Source: Chiloscyllium plagiosum
Lineage: Eukaryota
Assembly (NCBI RefSeq): GCF_004010195.1
Contig: NC_057754.1
Coordinates: 11,357,886-11,415,619, forward strand
Direction of reading: 5' to 3'
Length of the DNA stretch: 57,734 nucleotides
Below are positions 9,465 through 21,109 of the stretch, piece after piece. The position numbers and the translations under genes were made by a program. Positions within the stretch are counted from its first letter, which is position 1; every line of letters starts with the position of its first letter. The notes beneath the pieces are model-generated. The model was not told the DNA's origin and made no database searches. It saw only the letters and a list, made by a program, of their open reading frames with translations.

Positions 9465-12035
9465 CACTGAAAATGACTCCAAAGGCATATGTGCAGCCTG
9501 TGTAGATGTTAGTTGTGCTCCCCTTTGCCAGGATGCAGGCTCTGGTGAGAGCAAAGAGCTATGCAGCCTGTGTGGACATCCTGTCTGGTAATGCAGCTGA
9601 TTCGAGGGTATGAAGGGCTTTTGCCCGAAACGTCGATTTTGCTGCTCCTTGGATGCTGTGCTCTTCCAGCACCACTAATCCAGAATCTGGTTTACAGCAT
9701 CTGCAGTCATTGTTTTTACCTGATTCGAGGGTAGTCAAGGGTGTGCAGATAGCATATCCTGCTAACGTGCGTTAGTCTGATGGCTGGAAGGAAGAGCCAT
9801 CGGTGAAAAGTATCAAGTCGGGACGTGGGGTAACAACCTGCTGAATCACGTTTAAACAGTCATGGTCGTCTGCAGCATCGTGCTGGGTGGGCGGGAGTAG
9901 GGTGGAGGGTTTCAAGGTAGGAGCGCGCTGTAGGGAGAGCGACCTCATAGCCAGTTCTGAGTTGCAGTAAAATGTTGGGTTGCTGTTGAAGTAAGCAGCA
10001 GGGAGACCAAATGTGGGACCAAAACAGTACATGGATGATCTAGCACAATGGGGTGGCCTTTACCATTGTTACTGTGGCTGTTGCCACCGCACGCAAACAT
10101 TCCGGCATTCCCCTCACAACAGGTTGTAAATGGACAGAATAAAAGGCAACAGGGCGATAGAGGTGCCCATGAAGCTGCGTTAAAATGCCGGCTGCAAACC
10201 CTTCTGACTCAGTTACTTAAACATAGAAGGGCTGTGAATAATTTGGAACTCCCAGAGCAGGAGCGGAGATTAGTTTTTGCTTCAGTTCAGTGAATGCCCT
10301 TTGCAGTTTGGGTGTCCACTTCACTTCGGCCGGCTGTTCATGGGAAGCTGTCTCCCACGGGGGTGCATCAATGGCATGGTGATAAGGGATCCAGTGCATG
10401 CAGCAGTTTACCATCCCCAAAAAAGCATGCAGCTGCATACTTGTGACAGGTGGGGGAAGTTGGATGAAGACAGCCACCCGCTCCTTGGACAATGCTTTGA
10501 AGCCATGTGAAAGGTCGTACCCCAGGTGTTGGACTTTTTGCTGACAAAACTGCATTTTCTCGATAGTCACCCTGTGCCAGACAGCAGAGCAAGGCCACAG
10601 TGGAGGTGGAAGCTATTAGCAGATCATCCACATACTGGAGGAGGGTCCTGTGGCATGGCAGGTGGAGGGTGAACAAGGTGCAGTGTACTGCAAGCAGCAT
10701 AAACTGTGGGGCTCTTCGTATACCCTTGGGGAAGCTGGGTCCATGTATATTGGCAGCCACCATATGTAAAAGTGAAAAGGCATTGGCTGTCAGGGGGCAA
10801 TTTAAATCGAGAAGGCAGCTGAGCATAGGTCGATTACAAAGCAGGTGGCAGAGGCAGGGATACTGGTCAGGATAGCATTTGTTTCCAGGACTACAGGGGT
10901 GCAGGGGACAACAATGGCATTGACAACCCTAAGATCTTGCACAAAGTACCATTTTCCTGGTCTCTCAGGCTTTGGGATAGATACGATGGACGTGTTGCAT
11001 GGGTTGGTTGTGGGCACTAGGATTCCCTGTTGCAGAAATAAGTCAATAGCTGGTATCATCACTTCTACTGCTGCAGGGTAGTAACGGGTATTGTCATGTT
11101 GATGGTAGGATGGCTCCCTGTCTGAGTGTAACTATGTGCCAGGGTGGATAATACCTGGCCTGTGTGGTCAAAGTGCTGTGGCCACAGCGAGTATAAGGAG
11201 GGGCTCTCATAGGAGGGGGCAGCACCTGGGCTCTGTTTTGTAAAAGTAGATTGCAGTAATGCAGGAGCGCAGTATGCACAGAATTCATCTTCTCTAATCG
11301 GTGCAATCTGGGGGATCTGTGCCTTGCCGAAGGGGTGTGAAATGTAGTGGTGATTGCGTGAGCCACACTGTCGTGGTTGCTAGATCTTTGGGGAGCTACA
11401 GGTTCTTAGTAATAAGGGGAAATATGCGGAACCGCCATTGGGTCTTTGCAAGCCAGTGCAGCCTGCTCTGCACGGAGTTGCACTTCTGCTGCCACACCTT
11501 GCGGTCCAACAAAGTACCTACGAGTGATCATTAGTGGGGAGGCGAGCTCGAGATGCAAGTCTGTGAGAGCAACATTCCTGTGGGCCAGAAGCTGAACAGT
11601 GAAATTGACAGACAAAGCGGCCTGTCAATATCATCCACTGGAGGAAAGGTTACATGGGTGGTGAAGGGGTGATTGGTAGCCAGGAGAGGAGAGGGTCAAA
11701 AAGGGCATGGGTAGGTTCTGGCAGGCATAACCAGGTGTAGCAAGAGTTTGCCTGGTTAGAGAGATCGGGGCTATGGGAGATGACTCCAGGAGTGTGGTTC
11801 CAGGATCTTGAGCGTGAGTACTTGCGGGGAGTAGTGGATGCTGGCATTTAACTTGCACAGCGTCTGTGACCCATGAGGGTTACTGGACAGGAGGCAGAGA
11901 CGATGGCAGCGTTTAGGACCCCATGGCGGGTCCTACGCTGAACTGCATGAGATAGGAGAGTGGCTCCACCATGGGTATTCCTGAAGCCCCCCATGGTTCG
12001 ACTGCTCTGCAAATTGTTGATTTTCTCATAGCTGG
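9465..12035 (-). mobile_element. pol: ERV pol block (protease C-part, 2H-like insert, RT, RNase H N-part), inverted and pseudogenised
   Basis: Protease SCPVTLMG(R)DALCKLN ~11850-11900; RT PCNTSIVSIPKP..KWYFVQDLRVVN, IDLCSA, LLQYVDDLLIAS, FCQQKVQHLG; RNase H LFTDGSS and ALTRACILAKG..NIYT..YAFGV. Confidence 0.9.
9611..9719 (+). mobile_element. Penelope-derived short insert in the ERV RNase H region
   Basis: 14-bp TSD ctgattcgagggta (9597-9610 / 9720-9733); body tgaagggcttttgcccgaaacgtcgatt...ccagcacc matches the family at 20.1, 24.9, 34.2, 41.6 and 50.6 kb. Confidence 0.85.
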
Positions 12036-13225
12036 ATGCCTGCTGGGAGACCACTCCAACACGTTGCACTCATCACCAACCTCTGCTACCCTCTGCTGTA
12101 ACAATTATAAGATATGCCACCTACACCTCTGCCACTGATCCCGTCACCCAAGGAAATGCCTGCATACTCCCAGACCCCCCGATGCAGTCCGAGCAGCTCA
12201 GCAAGCTGCCTCACCAAAAGAGAGGGCCGCTTGGGCCTGTACAGTCACCCTCCCTGTAGGTTTTTATCTAGCCTGATGGTGGCACAAAATCAGACACATA
12301 GGCAAGAGAGGAATGATACTTGCTTTCAGCCATTCCTGGTATGCACTGGGATTTGCCGCAACTGCACAAGCCCTGCTGACACAATGCCTCATCTGTTTAC
12401 AGAACAATACAGGGAAGCCTGTAGCCAAATATGATCACTTACCGGTTCTTGAGGGGCCATTCACCCACGTCCAGATTGATTTTGCCCACATGCCTCAGAA
12501 ACAGGGATACAAATACAGTCTAGTTATTGTAGACATGCTTTCGAAATGGGTAGAGGCATTCCCCACCAAAAAAAAGATGATGCCCGAACAGTGGCAAAGT
12601 GTCTCCTGTGGGATGTTATTCCAAGATTTGGAGTTCCAGGGAACATAGAAATAGACAGGGGGACCCATTTCACCGTGAAACCCTAGGGATACCCTGGAGA
12701 CACCACATCCTCTACCAGCCCCAGTTATCAGGAAAGGTAGAAAAAATGAACGGCATCCTCAAAACCACCCTCACCAATATCATTCAGGACACCGGATTGA
12801 CTTGGCCAGACGTCCTGCCATTGGCACTGTACACAATAAGAGGACAGGTAAATCGAATGACGGGACTGACACCCTTTGGGAGGTGCTAATGGGACAGCCT
12901 GTGCCCACACCACCAGACCCCCAAAAACACTCACTGACACAGCGCTCCTCTTAATACAGGAGGCTTGCTTAGATTACGTTCAAGCCCTTAGTAGGAGGAT
13001 CACTTTAAACCATGAATTGGTAAAAGCTGTGCTGCCTGCACCATACCAGCAACCACTTCACCCATTTAAACCTGGGAACAATGTAATGATACAGTTACTG
13101 CTGAAAGATTCTCTCTCCCCTCAGTGGAAAGGACCATCCTGATCTTGCTCTCAACCAGGCCAGCTGTCAAGCTCCAAGGGACACCAGAATGAACGCACGC
13201 GACAAGAGGGCTCCATCTCCGTAGA
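12036..13225 (+). mobile_element. pol: ERV RNase H C-part plus integrase (decayed)
   Basis: LLPSAVTII..DPVTQGNA (RNase H end); CLICLQNN zinc motif, PFTHVQIDFAHM, LVIVDMLSKWVEAFP, PQLSGKVEKMNGILK, WPDVLPLAL, HPFKPG..SPQWKGP. Confidence 0.9.
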
Positions 13226-13239
13226 AATACGACCAAGCA

Positions 13240-14900
13240 GGACTGGACACCAGAGGGATCCAGCTGCTTGCCGCAGCCATCAGGATCATTACCCTTGGTC
13301 TGACCTGCACATCACTGCAGATCGCTAACAGGGGACACAGAACAGGACATTTTGTCCATTGCAAACAGCTGGCAAAAAACCCATAGATATTCAGAGGGTG
13401 AACCAGACCCGCTGCTGGGTCTGTGCCTGCTTCCCAGCCCATTCCCATGGGGGCATTCCTCTAGCCCCAGTCTCTTTTAACATCGCACAGATGGCAGAAT
13501 GGTGGCTGGATCCGGACAGGTCCCAAGGTCACAACGCTCAGCCTACCAAACCGGCCACTCATGTGACTAATAGCCCAAACCACTGGAAATCTGCAGGGTA
13601 TCACCTAGACAAATTCACAGCATAGTTCTACCCAGCCTACAACCCCTCACACTAACCCCCAGCCTTGACCATCACAGTGGATCCACGGCTTTTCATCACT
13701 TATATAAGTGATGATGTTATGAGGCAGCACTGTGACTCAGTGGCTAGCACTGCTGCCTCACAGCACCAGGGTCGCAGGTTTGATTCCAGCTGCAGGTGAC
13801 TGTGTGTGGAGTTTGCACATTCTCCCAGCGTTTGTGTGGGTTTCCTCTGACTGCTCCGCTTTCCTACCACAGTCACAAAGATGTGCAGGTCGGGTGAATT
13901 GGCCATGCTAAATTGCCCAAAGTGTTAGGTGCATTAGTCAAGAGAGGAAATGGGTCTGGGTGGTTACTCTTCGGAGAGTCAGTGTGGGCTAGTTGGGCCA
14001 AAGGGCCTGTTTCCACACTGTAGGGAATCTAATCTAATCTAAAACCACTGGACGGGGAGCACCCATAGGAACCATCTGCCTGACAAGAAGCCAGCCATCT
14101 GCATGGGAGGCTGACTGGAGCCAATGCACCAACTCTCTGCTCCTAGCTCCCACAGCGCATCAATCTGCAGCACAGGGTAGTATCCTAAATTTACTTGCCC
14201 ATAAAAAGTCTGCCCACAATTCCACTTTCACTACCATCTGGACAGGAACCCAAACCCACCACTTAAAAACATACAACGGCACTTATTTTGTCTGTGACCA
14301 CAAGGCATGCCCCTGGCTGCCATTGTCAAGGGCTGGCAGCTGTTTCATCAGGTACATGGTACCACTCATTTGCCACTTCCTGTTCTCTCCCTTCTGGAAG
14401 CTTATCACCCACAGCAAATCACACCCTCACTGCCCTAGACGAGGTACACTCCCTATTTGTGCCCAATTATACAACGCTGAGGCACATCAACTGGCCACCA
14501 TGCTAGAGGAGATAGCGAATGTCACGGCTGAAGCGCTCGCTCAGCTGCAGAGGCTGTCACCATTCGCATTGTCGCCCTACAAAGTAGAATGGTCCTGGAC
14601 TATTTGCTGGCCGAGAAAGGGGGCACTTGTGCCCTGGTTGGCACAGAGTGCTGTACCTACATTCCTGACACCAATGAAAACATAACGGAACTGACAGGCT
14701 GCTGCTATCCTACACGGCAAGAGTCCCACTGGAACTTGTGAAGCTGGGCAACCTCCGGGCTTGGCTCATGGGCACAGACCTGCTGCAGGTTCTGATATCC
14801 CTTACTGCCATTCTTGCGGGTATCGTAGTCCTGGTCATGATCCTCTATGTGCTGTTCCCGGTTGTATACAGCATTGTTACCCCCTGCCCCTTCACCACCC
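13240..14900 (+). mobile_element. env: ERV gamma-type env (decayed, SINE-interrupted)
   Basis: SU NQTRCWVC (CXXC) and YNGTYFVC; TM immunosuppressive domain [17 protein letters not shown] followed by CALVGTECC (CX6CC); hydrophobic anchor LLQVLISLTAILAGIVVLVMILYVL. Confidence 0.9.
13720..14041 (+). mobile_element. HE1-type SINE inserted in env
   Basis: tRNA-like head, body and (ctaat)n tail. Confidence 0.9.
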
Positions 14901-15091
14901 TGCTAATACAAGTCTGCTGGAGTGACATTCCCACCCTGACACAGCCTCCGCTCTGTCAGATTCCAACACTAACGACTACCTGTACAACACCGAACCCCCC
15001 ACTACCTAACAATCCCCTCCCTGCCCCCACCTCCCCCAGATCTGGCTACATTGCCCCCCTTTTCAACCCTCCCTTTAAACAAAAAGGGGAT

Positions 15092-15851
15092 TGTGGGAAA
15101 AATATTTGCCACCCTGCCCACCCACAACATGGCCACATTAAAAAGAAACAGAAGGTGGTCTGCAAAACACAAATCAAGCCTGCCAACACAGGCAGAACAC
15201 ACCCACAATGCCCCAGTCTTGGCCAAACAGGCTAAGAAACCAGACATGGCCAAGCTATTTCCAGACCAGAGAGTAGACTTCCCAAACAACCTTCACAGTA
15301 AAGCTCCCTGCCCCGTTTAGCACTGCGGTTTCAATATCCTTAGGACAAGCCCATTTCCCATTGAAACCGATACCACATAAACAAAAGAGGCAGATCGAGA
15401 TACCCCGAACGACTTCACTCACAGGAGGAACACAATGAGCACACCTGAATGCCAGGGGAAAGGACATTTACACATACTCGCATGGGCAGGAAATACAAAT
15501 GACGACATTTCACCCATTTCTGAAAATGGCTGGAATCTCCTCTGTCAATTACAAATGAATTACCACTGCCAGACACTTGAACTTCCATTCAGTTTATTCT
15601 TGTTTTAATCGCTTTACAATTTTCACCATTGAACTGTAACTACTTTACAATTATCACCTTTGTGTTGTACCCCTATAAAGCATGCCTACATCTTCTGTTC
15701 TGGGAAAAGCATTCTGTGCAGAGGATCAGTTCTGTGTCAGCCTGCTCAATTTCTCCTCCACGATATCGCTGTGTCTAATAAACTGCTCATCAATTTCACC
15801 ACAAACCATGTTTGTGCTCTCTGATCCATTGGGCTGAATGTTTTTTTGACA
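15092..15851 (+). mobile_element. ERV 3' LTR
   Basis: Polypurine tract aaaaagggga 15081-15090, then TG start; TATAAA 15674-15679; AATAAA 15777-15782; CA end with imperfect terminal inverted repeats (tgtgggaaaaatatt / aatgtttttttgaca). Confidence 0.75.
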
Positions 15852-16130
15852 TATTCTATTCCTTTAGCTATAAGAGATAACAATCCATTTGCTTTCTTTT
15901 TAATAATCTGCTGTACCTGCATGCTAGTTTTCTGAGACTCATGAAAGAGGACACCCAGATTCTGCTGCAGCGGAGAACCCTGAAGGGTCTCCCCATTCAG
16001 ATAATCTGCTAGCCTTCCCATTTTTTCAAACAAAATGCATGACCTCAAGTTAAACTCAATCGGCCAAATTTTGGCCCACTCTAACAATACTATTCAATGC
16101 ATTGATAATGTATTTAAAATTCCAGGAGAC
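15852..16130 (-). mobile_element. CR1-like LINE fragment
   Basis: ORF 15746-16087: EWAKIWPIEFN...QNLGVL...KANGLLSLIAKGIEY. Confidence 0.75.
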
Positions 16131-16469
16131 TTGACTGATATAAACCTGTGGGGTTATGACCAAGGACTGACAGTCAGCACAGACCCAAAGGCTGAATGGC
16201 CTACTTCTTTGCTCTGCCACTATGACCCTCTGATCTAAAGAGAACAGGCTCAGCTGCTCCAGTCTCTCCAACCAATTTCAATTCCTGATATTACTCCCAG
16301 AAATATTGTTTCCAACATCTCCAGGAACTTCACATCTTTCTGTAAAGGTGCAGAACATAGACTCATATCTACAGGGATGGATTGAAAAACAAAGATAATG
16401 TGCAAATTATTTCAAACTGTGGTTATGCACCACTGGGGACAGTGTCAATATTTATCATCTCCATTTAGA

Positions 16470-16850
16470 AAAAGGAAACAGACACTGGGGAAGGTGTCAC
16501 ATAGAATCACAAGCAGAACATGAGAACTGAAAGTATTTAACCCTCAGGAAAGGCTGGGGTTCTCTCTCTCAAAAAAAAGGATGGCTAAGATGATCAATAA
16601 TCCAACTGGGGATTTTATGCGGAACATCTTTACCCAACAAGAGGCAAGAATGTTGAACTGACTCCCACAAGTGGTTGAGGTGAACAGTAAGAACAGATTT
16701 AAGGAGAAGCTGGACACATACATGAGGAAGAAAGGAATAAAAGGATATGTTGATGGTGGGAGACGAAGAGGGAAGGGTGGAGGCTTATATGGGGCATAAT
16801 TACTAACAGATAATTGAGCCGACTGGCCCTGTGCTATCGACTCAATGGGA
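16470..16850 (+). mobile_element. Old CR1-like 3' fragment
   Basis: Degenerate FTQ..WN.LP..VVE..FKEKLD.YM segment. Confidence 0.55.
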
Positions 16851-17376
16851 CATGTATTCATTTCCGATTTGCAGTGGGAGGGACGACATTATTTGCAGTC
16901 AAGGATGAAAGAAGTGTTCTTCCTCAGCTTTTGGGGCCGATCTCCATGAGAGTGTGCGCAGTCCCAGGCTCAAAGAGCATCAGCCTCACTGGAAGCAAAG
17001 TGGCGAGTGTGGCCAGTCCAGCGGAAAGAAACCCTCATACTTCACCCCCTGTAAGAATGAACATGGTTCAGTCTTGGATAGGATTTCCCCTCATTTTTAA
17101 TATCAATCGATAGGGTATAGTATCTGTGTCAGCATTTACTGCCCATCCCATACTGTCCTGCTTGAGAAGGTGCTGGTGAGCTGCCTTCTGGAACTGCACA
17201 CCTTGTGATGTAGAGAGGAGTCTGGCCCAGTGACAGTGAAGGAACAGCCAGTACAGTTCCAAGTGAGCTTGGTCTGCGACATGGAGGAGAGTTTGCAGGT
17301 GATGCCTTAGCCTCCTACATTCTAGAGGTTGAACATGGATGTTGACGCTGATTAACAACAGATCCAATCTCTGCAG

Positions 17377-17967
17377 TCACTTGTGAATTCGCTCATGTTT
17401 TCGTAGATTGGATGACTGAGTGAATCGCTTCCCACATTCAGAACACACGTATGGCCTCTCCCCAGTATGAACTCTCTGGTGTTTCTGTAGACCAGAGTAG
17501 TCTCTGAATGGCTTCTTACATTTGGAACATTTGAATGGTTTCTCCCCAGTGTGAATTCGCTGGTGTCTCTGCAGGCTTGATAACTGAGTGAACTCTTTCC
17601 CACATTCAGAACAGGTAAAGGGCCTCTCTCCAGTGTGAACTCGCTGGTGTGTCTGCAGACTGGAGAACTGAGTAAATACCTTTCCACAGTCCAAGCAGGT
17701 ACATGGACTCTTGCCAGCGTGAGCTCGCTGGTGGCTCAACAGGGTGAAATATTCACGGAATTTCTTCCCACACTCAGAGCAGGTGAATGGCCTCTCTCCC
17801 GTGGCAGCACGCTGGTGTTTCCGTAGGGCAGACATATCAGGGAATCCCTCCCCACATTCCGAGCAGGTGAATGGCCGCTCTCTGTTGTGGCCACGTCGAT
17901 GAAATTCCAATGTCGACAGGGACTGGAATCCCTTTCCACAGTCCTCACACTTCCACGGTTTCTCCAT
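17377..17967 (-). CDS. C2H2 zinc-finger protein, 7 finger repeats (finger 2 lacks the last His)
   Basis: Open ORF; likely start MEKPWKC at 17967; acceptor cttttacag|G at 18272/18271. Confidence 0.85.
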   Translation of the reverse strand: MEKPWKCEDCGKGFQSLSTLEFHRRGHNRERPFTCSECGEGFPDMSALRKHQRAATGERPFTCSECGKKFREYFTLLSHQRAHAGKSPCTCLDCGKVFTQFSSLQTHQRVHTGERPFTCSECGKEFTQLSSLQRHQRIHTGEKPFKCSKCKKPFRDYSGLQKHQRVHTGERPYVCSECGKRFTQSSNLRKHERIHK

Positions 17968-18849
17968 ACTGAGGATGTTCTTGTGTCTCTGAAAGTACAA
18001 TAATCAACTCTAGCCACACACATGCACTGTAATGTGTATGGCAGGTCACGTGACTGATTGTAGCTGTTTCAGTCAGTTCAATGGAAAATTCTTACACAGG
18101 GGCGAGAGGGTGTCTCTCACTGCTTTTCCAGTCAAATTGATGTTAAACCTTTGATACAGACAGGACAGACATTTTTCAATTTATGGTTATTTAAATCCCA
18201 GTTAATTAAGTCACTATTTTCACAATGTTTGTTAGAAGATTCCTGTCTGTAAATCTTCTCCTTCCAGTTTCCTGTAAAAGCAGTTATAAAAGGAATAAGT
18301 ACAGATTACAAATGCAGGACAGACAATTTTAGTTTCTCTGAAATAACTTTTCCCTTTCTCTTCCCCCCAAATCTAAAAACCTCAATCCCACACACCCTTC
18401 CCGGCTATTCTCACTCCCCTGTCCTTAATATACACCCTCCCCATTCTCCTGAGGGTGCTGTGTAACAGCTCCGTGCTGGATAGACTCTGTCCCCTTGTTG
18501 GTTTGATTTTCTTTCTTTTCAAGTTTCTATAAATCATTAACTTAACACTAGATTTTTTTTAGAAAGGAAAGATGAAAGACACTGTCTCCGTCTCAATGAA
18601 GGTCAGTCTTCATTCAGAGAGAGAAAGAGATGCAGCAGCAGCAGCTTTGAAGGGTAGGATTGAACAGCTTCAGAAGAATGATAAGTTATTGTCGCAGAGA
18701 CTGCAAATGAGTGCAGTGAAAACTTTGTAACGTCACCACCTTAGACATATAAGATGACTAGTTACAGAATATTGAAGTGTTTGTTACGGATTTAGGCAGA
18801 GAATTATTAATAAAAGCCCAGCGTCAGAACAAAGAATAGATAAGTTTGC

Positions 18850-19200
18850 TCACAAAAACCGTCCACTTTTAATGTGCTCATCAAGTACTTGGGACCGCAT
18901 GTACTGATCAGCCCAGCCTGGTACGGCCCTCCGTGACAATAGGGGAACACTGATTGGCTGGAGAACCAGTGTTCTTCCGGTTCTCCGCCGTGTTCTATTG
19001 GTCAATGCGCGATAATGCGGACTTGGGGCGGAAATTGGACCCATGTGATGGCGGGAAAGCATTGGGTCCATGATGTCATCCACAGCCGACCAATACATTC
19101 GTCCCAGCTCTTCTCGCACAGATCCGACTGCGCACATGCGTAGTTTCGTATCCAGGCAGGCGACAGGGATTGTGGGCGTTGTAGTACTCATAAAGCCTAT
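18850..19200 (-). promoter_or_regulatory. CpG-rich promoter of the 17.4-18.0 kb ZNF gene
   Basis: Several CCAAT/ATTGG boxes, GC box ggggcggaa, NRF1-like tgcgcacatgcg 19129-19140, ZNF143/SBS-like ACTACAAcgCCCACAATCCC on the minus strand at 19166-19185. Confidence 0.7.
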
Positions 19201-19404
19201 CTGTGGGAAGTGGATGGAAAGGCGGAAATGCTGGTGAGAACAGGATCCTCATTCAGACACACAGGACCAGCTTTCTAATATCAGGCAAAGGCTTAAAGAC
19301 CTGGGGAGGGGAGGGTGTGGAGGACGGAGTATGTGGGATATAGTGATTTTTAATTTGTCTGAGAAATATATTAACACCATAATAATATTCACCATATTCC
19401 ATCA

Positions 19405-19646
19405 TGTGGGCAGCACCGTGGCTCGATTCCAGCCTCGGGCAATTATCAGGGTGGAGTTTGCACGTTCTCCCTGGGTTTCCTCCGGGGGCTCTGGTTTCCT
19501 CCCACAATCCTAAAGATGTGCAGGTCGGTGAATTGGCCATGCTAAATTATCCACAGTGTTAGGTATATTAGTCAGAGGGGGGTGGGTTACACTTCGGAGA
19601 GTCAGGCTGAAGAGCCTTTTTCCATACTGTATGGAATCTAATCTAA
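19405..19646 (+). mobile_element. HE1-type SINE with internal deletions
   Basis: gggcagcaccgtggctc head, gtggagtttgcacgttctccc body, ctaatctaat tail. Confidence 0.85.
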
Positions 19647-20094
19647 TATTCACACAGAATAATGTGTACTGAATATCAACTCTGTTCTTACTATACCTTC
19701 TGTAAAACAATACTTCTTCTTGAGCAGTCACCGTGGACTCAAGGGCAATTTACTTCCACTTCAATGTTGCAGATCCTGAGGTTATTAAATAGCTCAATGC
19801 TGGATTCACAAGCACTGCCACATGTGGAGCAGGTAATGTTCGCTGAAGCGAGTGATGATGATACTCAGGTTTTCACATGTTTCTTCCAGTGGTAATGTTT
19901 GTTCTCCACCTTGGCCTGTCAGATATGTCTTCTCCAAATTGGATGGTTTTGGACCAAACATTCCCACCATTGAATGGGGATATTGCGTTTTTTTCACAGG
20001 TAATGTGAACAAACTGAACACATTTATCTGCCAACCTCACTCAGATTAAGGAGCTTGTTTTAGAAGTCCTGTGTTGGGCATGCAGATGTGAACT

Positions 20095-20329
20095 AGGAGA
20101 AAGTGAGGACTGCAAATGCTGGAGATCAAAGTCGAGAGAGTGGTGCTGGAAAAGCACAGCAGGTCAGGCAACAGCCAAGGAGCAGGAGAATCAGCGTTTT
20201 GGGCATAAGCCCTTCATCAGGAATGAGCCTCATTCCCGATGGAGGGCTTATGCCCAAAATGTCGATTTGCCTGCTCCTCAGGTGCTGCCTGACCTGCTGT
20301 GCTTTTCCAGCACCACCCTCTCGACAGAT
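20095..20329. mobile_element. Penelope-derived inverted (fold-back) terminal-repeat insert
   Basis: Arms ~20131-20227 and 20229-20325 are reverse complements; TSD gatgtgaact (20085-20094 / 20330-20339). Confidence 0.85.
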
Positions 20330-21109
20330 GATGTGAACTGCCTAATGCAGCTGATTGATCATAACTGGTGCCTCCGTTACAAACTCTTCAGTCTGATCTG
20401 CACTGTACAGTCTGACAGCACCATGTGAGAGTTGCAGGGTATGGAAAGGAGCAAAACTGATTTCAATGCTAAATTGAAAACCTCAAAGACATCTAATAAC
20501 CATAAATAATTACTTCTCTCAGGAAGATAGAACATTGTACAATGAATGATGAGATGAGAAATTAGATCCGTGCATTTAAAGTTTAGACAGGGATTGTATT
20601 AAATCACTTCCTACAAAATGTTGATTCCGTTTAATGCTTCAGAATGGATGTCATCCAAAAATAAAGTTGTTTTTTTTAGTGGGGTCTGAGAATTGCTGAT
20701 CAACTGGGGAAGGGGAGGCAGGTGGGGTATTAATAACAGATTGTTAATGTATTTGGACTTGATTTATTAATGCAATAACATCCAGATTAATCATCTTTTA
20801 CAATATGCAAACAATGGTAATGTAACAGGATCCTTAGTATTGATTTAATAGGGCACTGTTAATTAATTTCAATAATATTGTTATTATTACAGATTAGTGG
20901 TAATTATTGGTGAAATTATTTCCAATTATTGAAGGAAAAAATTAATGGAACTGCATAAATAATTAAATCCTAATTCATCATAAACCCACACGATGGAATC
21001 TTAAGAGCTCAGAAGGTGGCCATTCAGTCCATTTTGCTGGTCCTGTCTGTGTAAATGCTGACAATCTATCCCACTCTGCTCCTCCTCCCTTCTATTGAAA
21101 ACCATTCCT

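Noticed and set aside
14738-15320. Accessory viral ORFs after env
   Set aside because: The 5' part is the env TM anchor in a shifted frame; the rest reads through the PPT into the LTR with no recognisable motif.
18461-18790. Possible solo LTR (tgtaaca...tgttacg)
   Set aside because: No TSD and no second copy; support is too weak.
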